NCBI GenBank assembly: GCA_041613315.1
Contig: JBFJHJ010000018.1
Location: forward strand, 1-60,944
Direction: 5' to 3'
Source of the DNA: Gemmatimonadales bacterium
Lineage (GTDB): Bacteria > Gemmatimonadota > Gemmatimonadetes > Gemmatimonadales > GWC2-71-9
Length of the DNA stretch: 60,944 nt
Shown: positions 31,830-42,303 of the stretch, piece by piece
Numbering within the stretch: position 1 is the stretch's first letter
How the letters are laid out: each line of letters starts with the position of its first letter
The notes under the pieces: generated by a model
Seen by the model: only the letters and a program-made list of their open reading frames with translations
Database searches by the model: none
Told to the model about the DNA's origin: nothing
Program-made: the position numbers and the translations under genes

Positions 31830-33500
31830 CTAGCGGCCCTCGCCGATGAGGTGCAGCTCCACCCGCCGGTTTTGCGCTCGGCCTTCGGCGGTCGTGTTCG
31901 TCGCGATGGGCCGGTCGGGACCATACCCTTGCGCCACCATCCGGGACGGGTCGACGCCCCGCTGCGCGAGGTAGGCCTTCACGGCCTGGGCGCGCGCCTG
32001 CGACAACCGCATGTTCAGAGTCCGCGGACCGGTCGAATCCGTGTGTCCTGCCACTTCGATCCGCACCTCGGCGTTCGCGATCAAGGACTCGGCGACGTCG
32101 TCCAGAGTGCGGAACGACTCCGGCGTGAGGTTCGAGCGGTTCAGCTCGAAGTTGACGCCCTGGAGAATCAACGGACGGGCCCTGCCCTCCTCGACCACAA
32201 AGAGGATCGGGCAGCCCACGGCGTCCACCGTCTGACCGGGAGCGGTGTTCGGGCAGCGATCGCGGCTATCCGGCACGCCGTCGTTGTCGCCGTCGCGCTC
32301 CAGCGGGCAGCCGCGCTCATCCACTTCGACGCCGCGCGGCGTCGCAGGGCACTGGTCCAGCGAGTTCGGGACGCCGTCGAAATCGATATCCGGCGGGCAG
32401 CCCGTCTGGTCGACCTGTACGCCGCGCGGAGTCGCCGGGCACTGGTCGAGGGCGTTGTTGACCCCGTCGCCGTCGTCGTCGTTGGAGCACCCGTTGGGGC
32501 CGACGCTTGCGCCAAGGGGCGTGTTGGGGCACTGGTCGACGCCGTCGAACACCCCGTCACCATCCGAGTCTCGCGGGCAGCCGGTGCCGTCGACGGTTGC
32601 GCCGCGGGGCGTATCGGGGCATTGGTCGAGGCCGTCGAAGACGCCATCTTCGTCACCGTCCACCGGGCAGCCGGTCGACGTTACGAGGGCGCCGAGCGGC
32701 GTGTCCGGGCACTGGTCGAGCCCGTCGAAGATCCCGTCCTGATCGGCGTCCGCCGGGCAGCCGGCGGTGTTGACGGTCGCACCGGCGGGCGTGTCGGGAC
32801 ACTGGTCCGGGCCGTCAAACACCCCGTCGAGATCGGCGTCCGTCGGGCAGCCGACGGCGTTGACCATCACGCCGCGCGGGGTATCGGGGCACTGGTCGCG
32901 GGCATCCACCACCCGGTCCCCGTCCGCATCCCGGCGCGGGCCGCCGAAGGCGAAGATGGAGAGCCCGACACTCCCCCCGAAGTTGAAGACGTTGTCATTC
33001 ACCGCCTGCAGCGGGGAGCTTGGGAAGTAGGCTGCGCGACCCTCGATGCGCAGGGCGGCGCGTCCTCCGAGCGAGATACGGTCGCCCAGCACGAGGTGGG
33101 CTCCGTTGTCCTCGGCGTTGATCGCGCCCCGATAGAACAGGCGCTCGTAGCCCGCGCCGATATAGAACGTGCTCCAGGGCGCCACGCGGGCATGTGCCAG
33201 GACGGTCCCGCCGATTCGCGCCACATTCGCCGATCCGCCGACGACACTGGAGTCCGTCGTCGTATAGTCGCCATTGGCTTCGATCGAGAAGACTCGGCTC
33301 AGAAAGAACGCCAGCCGTCCCCCGGCGCCGAACTCATCGCGCAGGCCGACGCTGGCTGGATCGTACTTGGTGAACGTCCCGAAGGCGCCGAGCTCCACCT
33401 GCCCGCCGTTGCCCGATTGCGCCTGGGCGGTGACAGCGAGGAGGGCGGCGGCGAGCGTCAGGGCCGCAACGCGGCTGGCGGACTGCAGTGGCGTATTCAT
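31830..33500 (-). CDS. OmpA-family outer-membrane protein with thrombospondin type-3 repeats
   Basis: Signal peptide, beta-barrel region, 8 Ca-binding repeats and C-terminal OmpA domain (GVNFE, AGHTDS, LSQARA, NRRVE). Confidence 0.92.
   Translation of the reverse strand: MNTPLQSASRVAALTLAAALLAVTAQAQSGNGGQVELGAFGTFTKYDPASVGLRDEFGAGGRLAFFLSRVFSIEANGDYTTTDSSVVGGSANVARIGGTVLAHARVAPWSTFYIGAGYERLFYRGAINAEDNGAHLVLGDRISLGGRAALRIEGRAAYFPSSPLQAVNDNVFNFGGSVGLSIFAFGGPRRDADGDRVVDARDQCPDTPRGVMVNAVGCPTDADLDGVFDGPDQCPDTPAGATVNTAGCPADADQDGIFDGLDQCPDTPLGALVTSTGCPVDGDEDGVFDGLDQCPDTPRGATVDGTGCPRDSDGDGVFDGVDQCPNTPLGASVGPNGCSNDDDGDGVNNALDQCPATPRGVQVDQTGCPPDIDFDGVPNSLDQCPATPRGVEVDERGCPLERDGDNDGVPDSRDRCPNTAPGQTVDAVGCPILFVVEEGRARPLILQGVNFELNRSNLTPESFRTLDDVAESLIANAEVRIEVAGHTDSTGPRTLNMRLSQARAQAVKAYLAQRGVDPSRMVAQGYGPDRPIATNTTAEGRAQNRRVELHLIGEGR
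32208..32930 (-). repeat. 8 tandem ~90-bp coding repeats (TSP3-like)
   Basis: DxDxDGVxDxxDQCPxTPxGxxVxxxGCP x8. Confidence 0.9.
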
Positions 33501-33564
33501 AGCATCCTGCAATCTAAGGGGCACGGTCAAGCGGGCCACGACGTGGCTCACAATGGGTTCTGGC

Positions 33565-35649
33565 TCACACTTCACCCCGCAGGAAGCGGGTTCCCTCCGA
33601 GAGCTCTCCGGCGAGCACCGTGAGCTCCCCGGTGCCCTTGGCGAGCTGTTCGATCGCCCGGACTTGCTGGTGGGCGGCGCGGGCCACCTCCGCCGCCTCC
33701 TTGGCCGACGCCGCGGCCGATGCTCGGGCCTCGGCGAGGAGGCGGCGAGCCTCCTCGGCGACGTCGCGGTTGTGGCGGGGGATGGCGGTCATCCGGTCGC
33801 CGGCCACCCGGGCCGCATCGGCGGCCCGGACGACCTCGCCGAGCTCGTCTCCCCATCGAGCCGACGCCTCCCCGAGCTCGCTCAGCTGATCGCTCAACTC
33901 TTCGAGGAGCCGCGCGGCGCGATCGATCACGCGCCGGGTCTCCTGGGCCCCACGACCCATTTCGTGCGCCGCCCGCCCACTCTCCTCGGCCAACTTGCGC
34001 ACCTCGTCGGCGACGACCGCGAATCCCTTGCCGTGCACCCCCGTTCGTGCCGCCTCGATTGTCGCGTTCAGCGCCAGCAGGTTGGTCTGGTTCGCGATCT
34101 GAGCGATCGTGTCGGCGAAGCGCTCAACTCCCTCTGCCGCCTCCCGCAGGCGGCCCACCTCGGCGGCCCCTGTCTCGATCGTCGCCACCAGATGACCAAT
34201 CCGCTCCGCGGCCGCGCTGCTCGCGTCCCGGACCCCGACGGCGGTCTCTGACGTGCTGCGGCTCGCCTCCCCCACATCGACCGAGGTGCGGATCGCATCC
34301 TCGATGCCGGTCGCGAGCTGCTCGAGGGCCTTGACCGCGCCCTCCACCCGTTCGGCGGCCCGTTGCGCCTCGGTCTCGGCGCGCGACGCGCTCTCCGCCA
34401 CCAGGTCCGCAGCGCCGCGGATCGCGCTGCTCGCCGTGCTGAGCCGGCCCACCGTGGATGCCGCGCGATCGGATGACTGTGCCATCGGGCTCATCCGGGC
34501 GCTCAGCACGATCGAAAGGGCGAGCTGCGGGGCGAGCAGATTGAGCAACTCGGCGTCCGCCTCGCGATACATCGCCGCGTTCGAATGCCGGACGCTCCAG
34601 AGCCCCACCAATCGGCCGCCGTGATGAAGCGGCACCAGCACCTCGGAGCCCGGTCTCTCTCCCTCCGGCAACACCAGTGAGGTGCTGCTCGTCGCGTTGG
34701 CGACGGCCGGCGCGCCACTGCGGATCGCCTCGCCCGTGAGCCCGGCGTCGGCGTCGAGCCGCAGCCGGTCGCTCGTCGCGGTATCGGCCAGGAGCTCCAG
34801 CTCGTGGCGGTCCTCGTCGTAGCGCGCGAAGCCCATGTTCTCCCAGCGCACGAGCTGGCCGGTCAGATCCTGAATCCGGGCGAAGCTCCGCTCGATGCTG
34901 ACCTCGGTGGCCACCGCGTCAGCGACGTCGCGCACGAGCGCCAGCTCGTCCGCGCGGACCGCCGTGCGCACGAGCCAGTAGAGGAGCCAACCGCCGGCCA
35001 GCAGCAGCGCCGCCAGGACGAGGGTGTCCGCAGTGCTCAAGGAGGCACGCACGAGCTTCGTCCACGCCAGCGCCATCCCGACCCCGAGCGCGGTCACTAG
35101 TGCCTCCCACCGGATGGCGAGCGGGAGGTTGCGGGCCGCCAGGGCGCCGGCGAGCGCCAACTCGAGGTAGAACGTGGCGTTAATGAACACCGGGAGTCCC
35201 AGGATGCCGAGCGCGAGCGGCTCGAGATTGGCGAGCGAGACCGCATTGCCGCCTGTGATGCCGCCGAGCGACTCGTACAGCGCGCCGACCACGCCCGTGC
35301 CGAAGCAGACGTGGCCGGCGTGACCCAGCACCTCGATCGGCCGGAGGCGGCGGAACATCAGCTCTCCGGCCGCGAGCCCCAGGCCACCCACGATGACCGC
35401 GAACTGCCAGCCCCGCAGGAGCAACGCCGCGAGTACGACCCCCAGGACGAAGGAGGCGAACCCCTTGCCCGGCAGCTCGACGCCGAAGCGCCGGCTCAGG
35501 GCCGCGGCGGTCCCGAGGACCAGGAGCTCGAGTGCGAACGCGCCGCCCCTGAGCCCGGGGCGGCCGAGCAGCTCCGCGAAAGCGTAGAGAAAGAACACCA
35601 GCCCGCCCAGCGCCACCGCCAGGCGAACCACCGTTGATGCACCGCGCAT
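33565..35649 (-). CDS. methyl-accepting chemotaxis protein with multi-TM sensor and GAF domain
   Basis: [41 protein letters not shown] hairpin; about 7 hydrophobic segments; GAF-like SEVLVPL...LVG..YREAD.ELL. Start uncertain. Confidence 0.88.
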   Translation of the reverse strand: MRGASTVVRLAVALGGLVFFLYAFAELLGRPGLRGGAFALELLVLGTAAALSRRFGVELPGKGFASFVLGVVLAALLLRGWQFAVIVGGLGLAAGELMFRRLRPIEVLGHAGHVCFGTGVVGALYESLGGITGGNAVSLANLEPLALGILGLPVFINATFYLELALAGALAARNLPLAIRWEALVTALGVGMALAWTKLVRASLSTADTLVLAALLLAGGWLLYWLVRTAVRADELALVRDVADAVATEVSIERSFARIQDLTGQLVRWENMGFARYDEDRHELELLADTATSDRLRLDADAGLTGEAIRSGAPAVANATSSTSLVLPEGERPGSEVLVPLHHGGRLVGLWSVRHSNAAMYREADAELLNLLAPQLALSIVLSARMSPMAQSSDRAASTVGRLSTASSAIRGAADLVAESASRAETEAQRAAERVEGAVKALEQLATGIEDAIRTSVDVGEASRSTSETAVGVRDASSAAAERIGHLVATIETGAAEVGRLREAAEGVERFADTIAQIANQTNLLALNATIEAARTGVHGKGFAVVADEVRKLAEESGRAAHEMGRGAQETRRVIDRAARLLEELSDQLSELGEASARWGDELGEVVRAADAARVAGDRMTAIPRHNRDVAEEARRLLAEARASAAASAKEAAEVARAAHQQVRAIEQLAKGTGELTVLAGELSEGTRFLRGEV

Positions 35650-35887
35650 GGTGGGCAGTTTCACCACACCCGACAACCCCGTATCGTGTGTCAGATGTGC
35701 AGGGGAACGAGAGCGGCGGTAATGTCGTATATGGCTGGCAAACTTGCAAATACCGGCGCTTGCGGGGCGTGCACCGGCCGCCTCACTGGCCGACCGGTCA
35801 GGGGTGGCCCACCGTGAGGAGGTCTGTTGGCGCCCCGGTGAGGGCCGCCATTACATTTCGCGCATTGGACAGGGGGAGTCACTCGAG

Positions 35888-36121
35888 ATGCGAGTCGGTA
35901 TCCAGTATTGCGTCGTTTGAAACTACGAGCCGCGGGCCGTCGGACTGGCGGCCGAGATCGAGATGCGCTATCCCGACGCCGACGTGCGCCTGATCGAGGC
36001 GTCCGGCGGGGCCTTCGAGGTCACGGTGGACGGTGAGTTGGTCTTCTCCAAGCTCGCGCTGGGGCGGCACGCTTCCCCAGGCGAGGTGCTCCGCTTGATC
36101 GAGGAGCGAGCCGGCGGGTAG
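35888..36121 (+). CDS. SelT/SelW/SelH (Rdx) family selenoprotein, in-frame UGA read as Sec
   Basis: MRVGIQYCVV-U-NYEPRAVGLAAEI...GGAFEVTVDGELVFSK...PGEVLRLI. CxxU motif; GGGGAG RBS; hairpin after the UGA. Confidence 0.88.
35935..35953 (+). promoter_or_regulatory. candidate bacterial SECIS hairpin
   Basis: GGCCGUC-GGACU-GGCGGCC stem-loop beginning 15 nt after the UGA, with a G-led loop. Confidence 0.6.
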
Positions 36122-36126
36122 CAACG

Positions 36127-37206
36127 ATGCGCATCGCGATTGCGACCGGTGGGGGCGACGCCCCGGGGCTCAACGCCGTGATCCGGGCGGTCGTGCTGTC
36201 GGCGATCAACCGCGGGTGGGAGGTGCTGGGCGTCGGCCGCGGTTTCGGCGGTCTGCTGCGTGTCGCGCGGATGATTCCGCTCGACCGCGAGAGGGTTCGC
36301 GGCATCACGCACCTGGGCGGGACGATCCTCGGGACCACGAATCGGGGGAATCCGTTTCGCTGGCCGCTGCTCGGGACCGACGGCGAATGGCGCGAGGAGG
36401 ACCGCTCGGATGAGCTCGTAGCGGAGTTCCGACGCCTCGGCCTCGACGCGTTGATCGCGGTGGGCGGCGACGGGACGCTGCGGATCGGGCTCGACCTTTG
36501 GAAGAAGGGGATTCCCCTCGTCGGCGTGCCGAAGACGATCGACAACGACGTGGGTGGCACGGTCGTCACCTTCGGGTTCGACACGGCGGTCCAGACCGCG
36601 ACGGACGCGATCGACAAGATCCACTCGACGGCCGAGGCGCACGAGCGGGTCATGGTGGTGGAGGTAATGGGACGATATGCCGGATGGATCGCGCTCAGCT
36701 CGGGTGTAGCGGGCGGCGCCGATGTCATCCTCATTCCCGAGTTCCCGTTCGACATCGAGCGCGTGTGCGACAAGGTGCGCGAGCGGGAGGCGATCGGCCG
36801 GCATTTCAGCATCGTGGTCGTCGCCGAAGGAGCCGTGCCCGAGGACGGAACGCTCGCGGTGAAGCGTGCCGGTGCGGTGGGTGCGCTCGAGAAGTTGGGG
36901 GGCGTGGGGGAGGTCGTCGCCGCGCAGATCGCCGAACGTACGGGAAAGGAGACGCGGGCGTTGACGCTCGGGCACCTGCAGCGCGGAGGCTCGCCGACCA
37001 CTTTCGACCGGGTCTTGGGGCTGCGCTTCGGCGCCGCCGCGGTCCGGGCCGTGGAGGAGGGGCGGTTCGGTCAGATGGTGGCACTCGATCCACCAGACAT
37101 CCGGTTCCTTCCGATCGAAGCGGCGTTGGGCGACCCGCATCTGGTATCGCGCGACTCGGATCTGGTGACGACGGCCCGAGACGTGGGGATTTCGTTCGGC
37201 GATTGA
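36127..37206 (+). CDS. pfkA: 6-phosphofructokinase (GGDG, likely ATP-type)
   Basis: GGGDAPGLN, GGTILGT, GGDGT, PKTIDND, EVMGR, LGHLQRGG. Confidence 0.95.
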   Translation: MRIAIATGGGDAPGLNAVIRAVVLSAINRGWEVLGVGRGFGGLLRVARMIPLDRERVRGITHLGGTILGTTNRGNPFRWPLLGTDGEWREEDRSDELVAEFRRLGLDALIAVGGDGTLRIGLDLWKKGIPLVGVPKTIDNDVGGTVVTFGFDTAVQTATDAIDKIHSTAEAHERVMVVEVMGRYAGWIALSSGVAGGADVILIPEFPFDIERVCDKVREREAIGRHFSIVVVAEGAVPEDGTLAVKRAGAVGALEKLGGVGEVVAAQIAERTGKETRALTLGHLQRGGSPTTFDRVLGLRFGAAAVRAVEEGRFGQMVALDPPDIRFLPIEAALGDPHLVSRDSDLVTTARDVGISFGD

Positions 37207-37285
37207 GACACCGTTCCCGTCCTCCGCGCCGGGGGAGGCGCCCGAGCCGGGGCGGACTACCGTCCCGGGCTACCTTCAGCGTGCC

Positions 37286-39832
37286 ATGAGTGGCCAACAC
37301 CACATCCGCGATCACTATCTACCGCCGGATCGCGAGGCGTATCGGCGCGCCGAGCCGCCCACCGGGCGGGTGATCGTGATCGCGCCCACCCGTGCCGCCT
37401 GCGAGACGATCGAATTGGCGATGCGCCTCAGGATCGCCACGGTCTTGGAGCGTGAGCACGGGGAGGAGATCCGCGAGCTGGCGCGACGCCGGCTGGGCTT
37501 CGGGATCGTCGCCGGTACGGGGACGGGCAAGACGCTGGCGATCCGGCCGATCGCCGAAGAGATCCTACGGGCGCCGCTTGCCGTCGGGGTGGTGAACCGC
37601 GAGCGTGAAGCGACGCCCGAGACCCCCACGTGGAACGTCGTGATCGTCACGACCGGCATCGCCCGACGCTGGTTTCAGGATGATCTGATTGACCGGCAAG
37701 ACACACTGGTCGCGGACGAGATCCACCAGACGTCGGCGGAACTTGAGCTGTGCCTCGCGTTGGGGAAGCGCGTCGGCTGCCGATTCATCTGGCTCTCCGC
37801 CACCGTAGACCCCTCCTTTTACGCGCGCTATCTCGACTCTGCGGAGGTGCTCGAGAGCTCAGCGTTCGACCCCGCGCTCGCCGCGCGCGTCGACACGCGG
37901 GTGCAGGGACCTCGGGAGTTTCTCAGTGATCGCTTCATCCGCCGAGTGATGCAGGACAAGCGGGGGGTGGCGGTGTTCGTGCCGACCCGTGCGGAGGTCG
38001 AGCAGACGGCGGCCGAGCTGTCCGACCGCTGGACGCGCCTCAACGCGGCGTTCTATCACGGCGGCGAACCGATCCGGGTGATCCGGCCGTTCCTCGACGG
38101 GACGGCCGAGAAGCCGTTCGTGTTGGTGATGACCCAGGCGGGTCAGTCGGCGCTCAACATCCAGGGACTGGACACCGTGGTGATCTACGACGCGTGCTAC
38201 AAGAACATGGTGACGCGCGGCCGGAACGTGCTGAGCCGGCAGTACCTGGGTCCGAACGAGATCCTGCAGATGGCGGGTCGGGTGCACGGGCGGGTGCAGA
38301 ACGGCGAGGTGTACCTGCTCACGGATCGCAGCATCGATTTCGCCTCGCTCCGGCCCGTACCGCCGGAGTTCCAGCTCGGGGGTGACTCCGAGCGGGTCGC
38401 GCTCACGGCGGCGGCGATCGGGGTGGACCTGAGCGACTTGGAGCTGCCCGTGCCGCTCGACCGGCGGGCCTACGCGGCCGCGGTGCGGCGACTGGTGACG
38501 CGCGGCATCGTCGAGCACGGCCGGCTCACGGCGTATGGGCGAGACGTGGAGGCGATGCCGGTGGACCGCCCGTGGGGCGAGCTGTTGGTCCACGCGGATG
38601 ACGACCTCGTGCCGTACGTCGCCGTCGCATCGAACATCGACTCCCTGCACCGCATGACGCGGGAGGAGAGCGATCTGAGCGGGCTGATCGTGCACGGAAG
38701 CGATCACCTCACCGCGTACAACATCTATGCAGAGGCGTTGAACCACTACGGGTACCTCGGCGAGGTCTACGGTCTCCCGCGCCACCTGTTCCACGACGAG
38801 ATCGAGCGATGGTCTGAAGATCGAGGGGTGCCGCTCAAGGCGATCGAGGACGTGGCGTTGGGCATGGCCTCGGTGTACCGCACGCTGGAGGTGCCGCTCC
38901 CGCGTGAGCTCCCGTTGGCGAGCAGCGCGGTGCTGGATCGCTTCCGGGCGCTCGTCGCGCGCGTCATGCCGTTCGACCTCGCGATCGAAGGTGAGACGGC
39001 GGACGGCGAGCGTGTCAGGCTGTCGGCGGCCTCGGTGTGCAGTCCGCGGGGCGCCGTCGCGGGAACCACCCGGTATTTCGCCGATCGCTTCGGTGTGCCG
39101 CGAGGCTCCATGGAAGGGACCGGCATCCCGTTTCGCCTCATCCAGCGTTTCGCGGTGCGCGGCCGTCCCACGGTCGAGTTCCGCCGCAACAAGAAGCGCG
39201 CGGGGCTCGTCGTGCTGCGCGACACCGAGTACTTCGGGTACGTCTTGGAGCGCGAGCACCGTCCCCTCACCGGCCGGTTCCCGGCGGACCTCGCCGCGCC
39301 GGCACGGGAGGCGCTTGCCCGTGCGATCATCGAGGGTCTCACCGACCATCCGGACCAGGGGGCGGTCGCCCGCGCGGCGGCGCGCCTCAACGAGTACTGG
39401 CGCCGATCGGGCGGCACGCTCGACGCGGGATCGCCGGAGACGGTTCATCGGATCGTGCGGCAGCGGCTCGACGCCGTCGAGAGTCTGGAAGACTTCCGAC
39501 AGGTGCGTATCGCTCTCGATCCAGCCGCGCTGGTGCCTGAGGGAGAGCGCGCCGCGTTGGATGCCTTCCCCACGTCGGCCCCCGTGCTGGGTGACCGCGT
39601 GCCGCTGCGCTATGATGTCGAAGGCGGCGAGGGAATCGTGCGGATCCGCCTACGGGAGAAGCAGGCGCGCCGTCTGCGGGAGCGGGATCTCCCGAACGTC
39701 GGACGCCCCATCCGGTTCAGCGTCGTGCGCGGGAAACGGGAAGTGGCTCGCGCCGCGTCATTGGACGAGCTCCGACAGTCTCTCGCGCAGCTGCCCAGAG
39801 AGCAGCGAAGGCGCCGCGGCCGGCCCCGCTGA
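37286..39832 (+). CDS. SF2 DExH-box helicase (HrpB-like, divergent)
   Basis: GTGTGKT, DEIH, SAT, VFVPTR, QMAGRVHGR, LTAYG, SDHL. Confidence 0.82.
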   Translation: MSGQHHIRDHYLPPDREAYRRAEPPTGRVIVIAPTRAACETIELAMRLRIATVLEREHGEEIRELARRRLGFGIVAGTGTGKTLAIRPIAEEILRAPLAVGVVNREREATPETPTWNVVIVTTGIARRWFQDDLIDRQDTLVADEIHQTSAELELCLALGKRVGCRFIWLSATVDPSFYARYLDSAEVLESSAFDPALAARVDTRVQGPREFLSDRFIRRVMQDKRGVAVFVPTRAEVEQTAAELSDRWTRLNAAFYHGGEPIRVIRPFLDGTAEKPFVLVMTQAGQSALNIQGLDTVVIYDACYKNMVTRGRNVLSRQYLGPNEILQMAGRVHGRVQNGEVYLLTDRSIDFASLRPVPPEFQLGGDSERVALTAAAIGVDLSDLELPVPLDRRAYAAAVRRLVTRGIVEHGRLTAYGRDVEAMPVDRPWGELLVHADDDLVPYVAVASNIDSLHRMTREESDLSGLIVHGSDHLTAYNIYAEALNHYGYLGEVYGLPRHLFHDEIERWSEDRGVPLKAIEDVALGMASVYRTLEVPLPRELPLASSAVLDRFRALVARVMPFDLAIEGETADGERVRLSAASVCSPRGAVAGTTRYFADRFGVPRGSMEGTGIPFRLIQRFAVRGRPTVEFRRNKKRAGLVVLRDTEYFGYVLEREHRPLTGRFPADLAAPAREALARAIIEGLTDHPDQGAVARAAARLNEYWRRSGGTLDAGSPETVHRIVRQRLDAVESLEDFRQVRIALDPAALVPEGERAALDAFPTSAPVLGDRVPLRYDVEGGEGIVRIRLREKQARRLRERDLPNVGRPIRFSVVRGKREVARAASLDELRQSLAQLPREQRRRRGRPR

Positions 39833-39836
39833 CCGC

Positions 39837-40418
39837 TTAGCCCGTGGGCGCGCCGAGGGAGAGGATGCCAAGCCACATGGCCGCGTAAGCCCCCTCGAGT
39901 TCGCCGATGTCGGCTCCCGCCAACAGCTGGAGTCCCATTCCGTCCACCACCGCGGCCAGAAGCCAGCCGATCTCTTGCGGCGGCACCGACGGTTCCGTGC
40001 CCAAGCGCCTCAACAGTCCGCTCGCGGCGTCCCCGAGCCCGCGCGCGAACTGGGCGACACAGTCCCTGATCGTCTGGTCAGGTATGCCCGCCCCACCGCC
40101 GACCAACGAGGTCCAGGCACGAGTCACCCCCTCCGCTGACTCTTCGGTCAGCAACCGCCACGTTTGATCGATGACGACCCCCGGGGATGGAGCGTCGAAG
40201 GCGTCCTTCCAGGCCTCGTTCCGGCGCGCGGCGATGTCTTGAGCGACCGCTTCGAAGAGCCCCCGCTTCGTCTTGAAGTGATAGTGCACCAACCCTTTGG
40301 CGCAGCCGGCCTCCTTCGCCACGAGATCCACGCTCACGTTCCCGGCACCCCGGTCGCGGATGGCGGTCCGCGCCGCCGCCATGATGGTGTCTTGGGAGGT
40401 TTTTCGATTGCCTACCAT
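39837..40418 (-). CDS. TetR/AcrR family transcriptional regulator
   Basis: IMAAA...SVDLVAKEAGCAKGLVHYHFKTK. Confidence 0.88.
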   Translation of the reverse strand: MVGNRKTSQDTIMAAARTAIRDRGAGNVSVDLVAKEAGCAKGLVHYHFKTKRGLFEAVAQDIAARRNEAWKDAFDAPSPGVVIDQTWRLLTEESAEGVTRAWTSLVGGGAGIPDQTIRDCVAQFARGLGDAASGLLRRLGTEPSVPPQEIGWLLAAVVDGMGLQLLAGADIGELEGAYAAMWLGILSLGAPTG

Positions 40419-40654
40419 ACGTGGCGCCTCGATGTCTTGTCCGTTCGGCCAAGATAACGCAGAACGGCCCGCCCCGCGACCGGGGGGCCTTGGGCTGGCC
40501 ACATAGTCAGCGAGCGGGAGACAACATTCAGGGCGCCCCGGTGGCGAGGCCTGGTCGAGGTCGGGTCGTACGGCCACTGACGGTGCCGCTGAAACCCGGA
40601 CCGGATTGAGGCGTAGTACCTCCTGAGGATCAAGAAGTCCAACGAGCAATCGCT

Positions 40655-41083
40655 ATGTCGCTTTTCTCCGCCGTCGCGCACGCAGTGCTGGAGCAGCTCC
40701 ATGAGGGCGTTGCGGTCTTCGACGCCGACGGTGAGCTGCTCTATGCCAATCCTGAGGCCCGGTCGGCGATCGAGGCGCTCGCCGTGGAGGACGAGAACGG
40801 TGGGCTGCTCCCGGTGCTCGCGAAACTCGGCGCGAGGGTCAGGCCGCTGTGGAACTCCGGGCGCAAGGTGGGGCAAGCGGTGTATCTCTCCGCGTCCAAG
40901 CCGCAGCGCAGTACACTCGCCGAACAGGAGCGTCGCGCCATCCTTGGAACCCTCGAGGCGACGGGCTGGAAGCTCACGGAAAGCGCCCGGTGTCTGGGCA
41001 TCTCTCGTACGACGCTGTGGCGGCGCCTGAGGGACTACGGGCTCCGTCCCGAGAGTCGCGGACCCCGATCCGGCCGCTCCTGA
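40655..41083 (+). CDS. PAS-like plus Fis-type HTH protein
   Basis: LEQLHEGVAVFDADGELLYANP (PAS start); TLAEQERRAI..L...GW...SARCLGISRTTLWRRL (HTH_8). Confidence 0.8.
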   Translation: MSLFSAVAHAVLEQLHEGVAVFDADGELLYANPEARSAIEALAVEDENGGLLPVLAKLGARVRPLWNSGRKVGQAVYLSASKPQRSTLAEQERRAILGTLEATGWKLTESARCLGISRTTLWRRLRDYGLRPESRGPRSGRS

Positions 41084-41167
41084 TCTCGTCCCGACGGCGG
41101 GCCGCAGTCAGACGCCCTGTGCGCGGTCACTTTCGGACGCCCCGGCCGCCCCCTAGCTTCCCGCAGC

Positions 41168-41638
41168 ATGACGTCCCAGCCGTTCGTGATCGACGAGTAC
41201 GTCCGGTGGTCCGACGTGGACTATGCGGGCATCATCTTCTACGGCGCCTACGTCCGCTTTTTCGAGATCGCCGAGACGGAGCTGTTCCGTGCCGCGGGCG
41301 TGCCCTACGGTGAAGTGTTCGACCGGTACAATATCTGGCTCCCGCGCGCACATCTCGAGGCAGACTTCAAGTACCCAACGCGTCTGGATGACCGTCTCCG
41401 GGTAGCCGCGTACTTCACGCGGTTCGGCACCAGCTCCATCACGATCAACTTCGATGTGTTTCACATGGGCGCGCGCGAGCTGGCGGCCGCGGGACACGAG
41501 GTGCTGGTATGCACCGATCGCTCCGAAATGCGTCCACGCCCGCTGCCTGCCGGGCTTCGTGGTCTGCTCGAGCCGTTCCGGCTCACGGCGGAGGACGCGC
41601 GCCGGCAGGTGCAAGCGGACTTGGGGTCGCAGCGGTGA
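41168..41638 (+). CDS. acyl-CoA thioesterase (4HBT/YbgC family)
   Basis: VRWSDVDYAGIIFYGAYVRFFE. Confidence 0.88.
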   Translation: MTSQPFVIDEYVRWSDVDYAGIIFYGAYVRFFEIAETELFRAAGVPYGEVFDRYNIWLPRAHLEADFKYPTRLDDRLRVAAYFTRFGTSSITINFDVFHMGARELAAAGHEVLVCTDRSEMRPRPLPAGLRGLLEPFRLTAEDARRQVQADLGSQR

Positions 41639-42264
41639 GTCCCACTGTGCGGCGTCTCGCCGGGGCGCTCCTCGCGGCGCTTCTCGCCTGTGGGGGAGGA
41701 TCACCTCCTGAGGACAGCGATGCTGCGGCGCCGGATAGCGCCGCGCTGCCGGCACCGCCGGTCGACCCCGATCCACCCGCCGAACCGGCGGCCCCGCCCG
41801 GTTACCTGGCGGTGCGGAGCGCGGGAGAAATCTCGGTAAACGGCGCGTGGCCGGCGCGCGCCGGCCGGTGCACCTCGCCGGCGATCGTCCACGTTGTGGT
41901 CGATGATGCCGCCATCGGCCTCATAATCTTGGTGCAGTTCGCCGACTCCGAGGCGGTGGGGTCCTTCGCCGTGCGGTCCGTCGTGCAAGGGCTGCCGCAC
42001 CCCCCCGCGGCGCAGGTCGGCGTGCAACTGATCGGCGATCCCGAGACGCAGGGGCTGCACGCGATTTCCGGAGACATCGAGCTCACGGCCGTCGGTTCCG
42101 GCCGCGTGAGCGGGCGGTTCGCCGGTCAGCTCGTCGAAGTCAGCAGCAGAGTCCGCATCGGCCTCTCCGCCGCGTTTACCGACGTTCCCGTGACGCCAGT
42201 GCCGGAGGCCGAATGCGCCCTGGCGGCAACGGTAGTGGACACGAGCGACACGACCACACCGTGA
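41635..42264 (+). CDS. hypothetical lipoprotein
   Basis: RRLAGALLAALLAC lipobox and Pro-rich linker. GTGA overlap with the upstream gene. Confidence 0.65.
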   Translation: MSPTVRRLAGALLAALLACGGGSPPEDSDAAAPDSAALPAPPVDPDPPAEPAAPPGYLAVRSAGEISVNGAWPARAGRCTSPAIVHVVVDDAAIGLIILVQFADSEAVGSFAVRSVVQGLPHPPAAQVGVQLIGDPETQGLHAISGDIELTAVGSGRVSGRFAGQLVEVSSRVRIGLSAAFTDVPVTPVPEAECALAATVVDTSDTTTP

Positions 42265-42303
42265 GGTCGCGTCCGTCGGCGTCCTCCGGTTACATTGGTC
42301 GTC

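Noticed and set aside
32208..32930. Regularly spaced repeats that might suggest a CRISPR array
   Set aside because: They are degenerate 90-bp in-frame TSP3 coding repeats, with no unique spacers or cas genes.
35732..35747. TGGCTGGCAAACTTGC as a sigma-54 promoter
   Set aside because: GG-to-GC spacing is one base too long.
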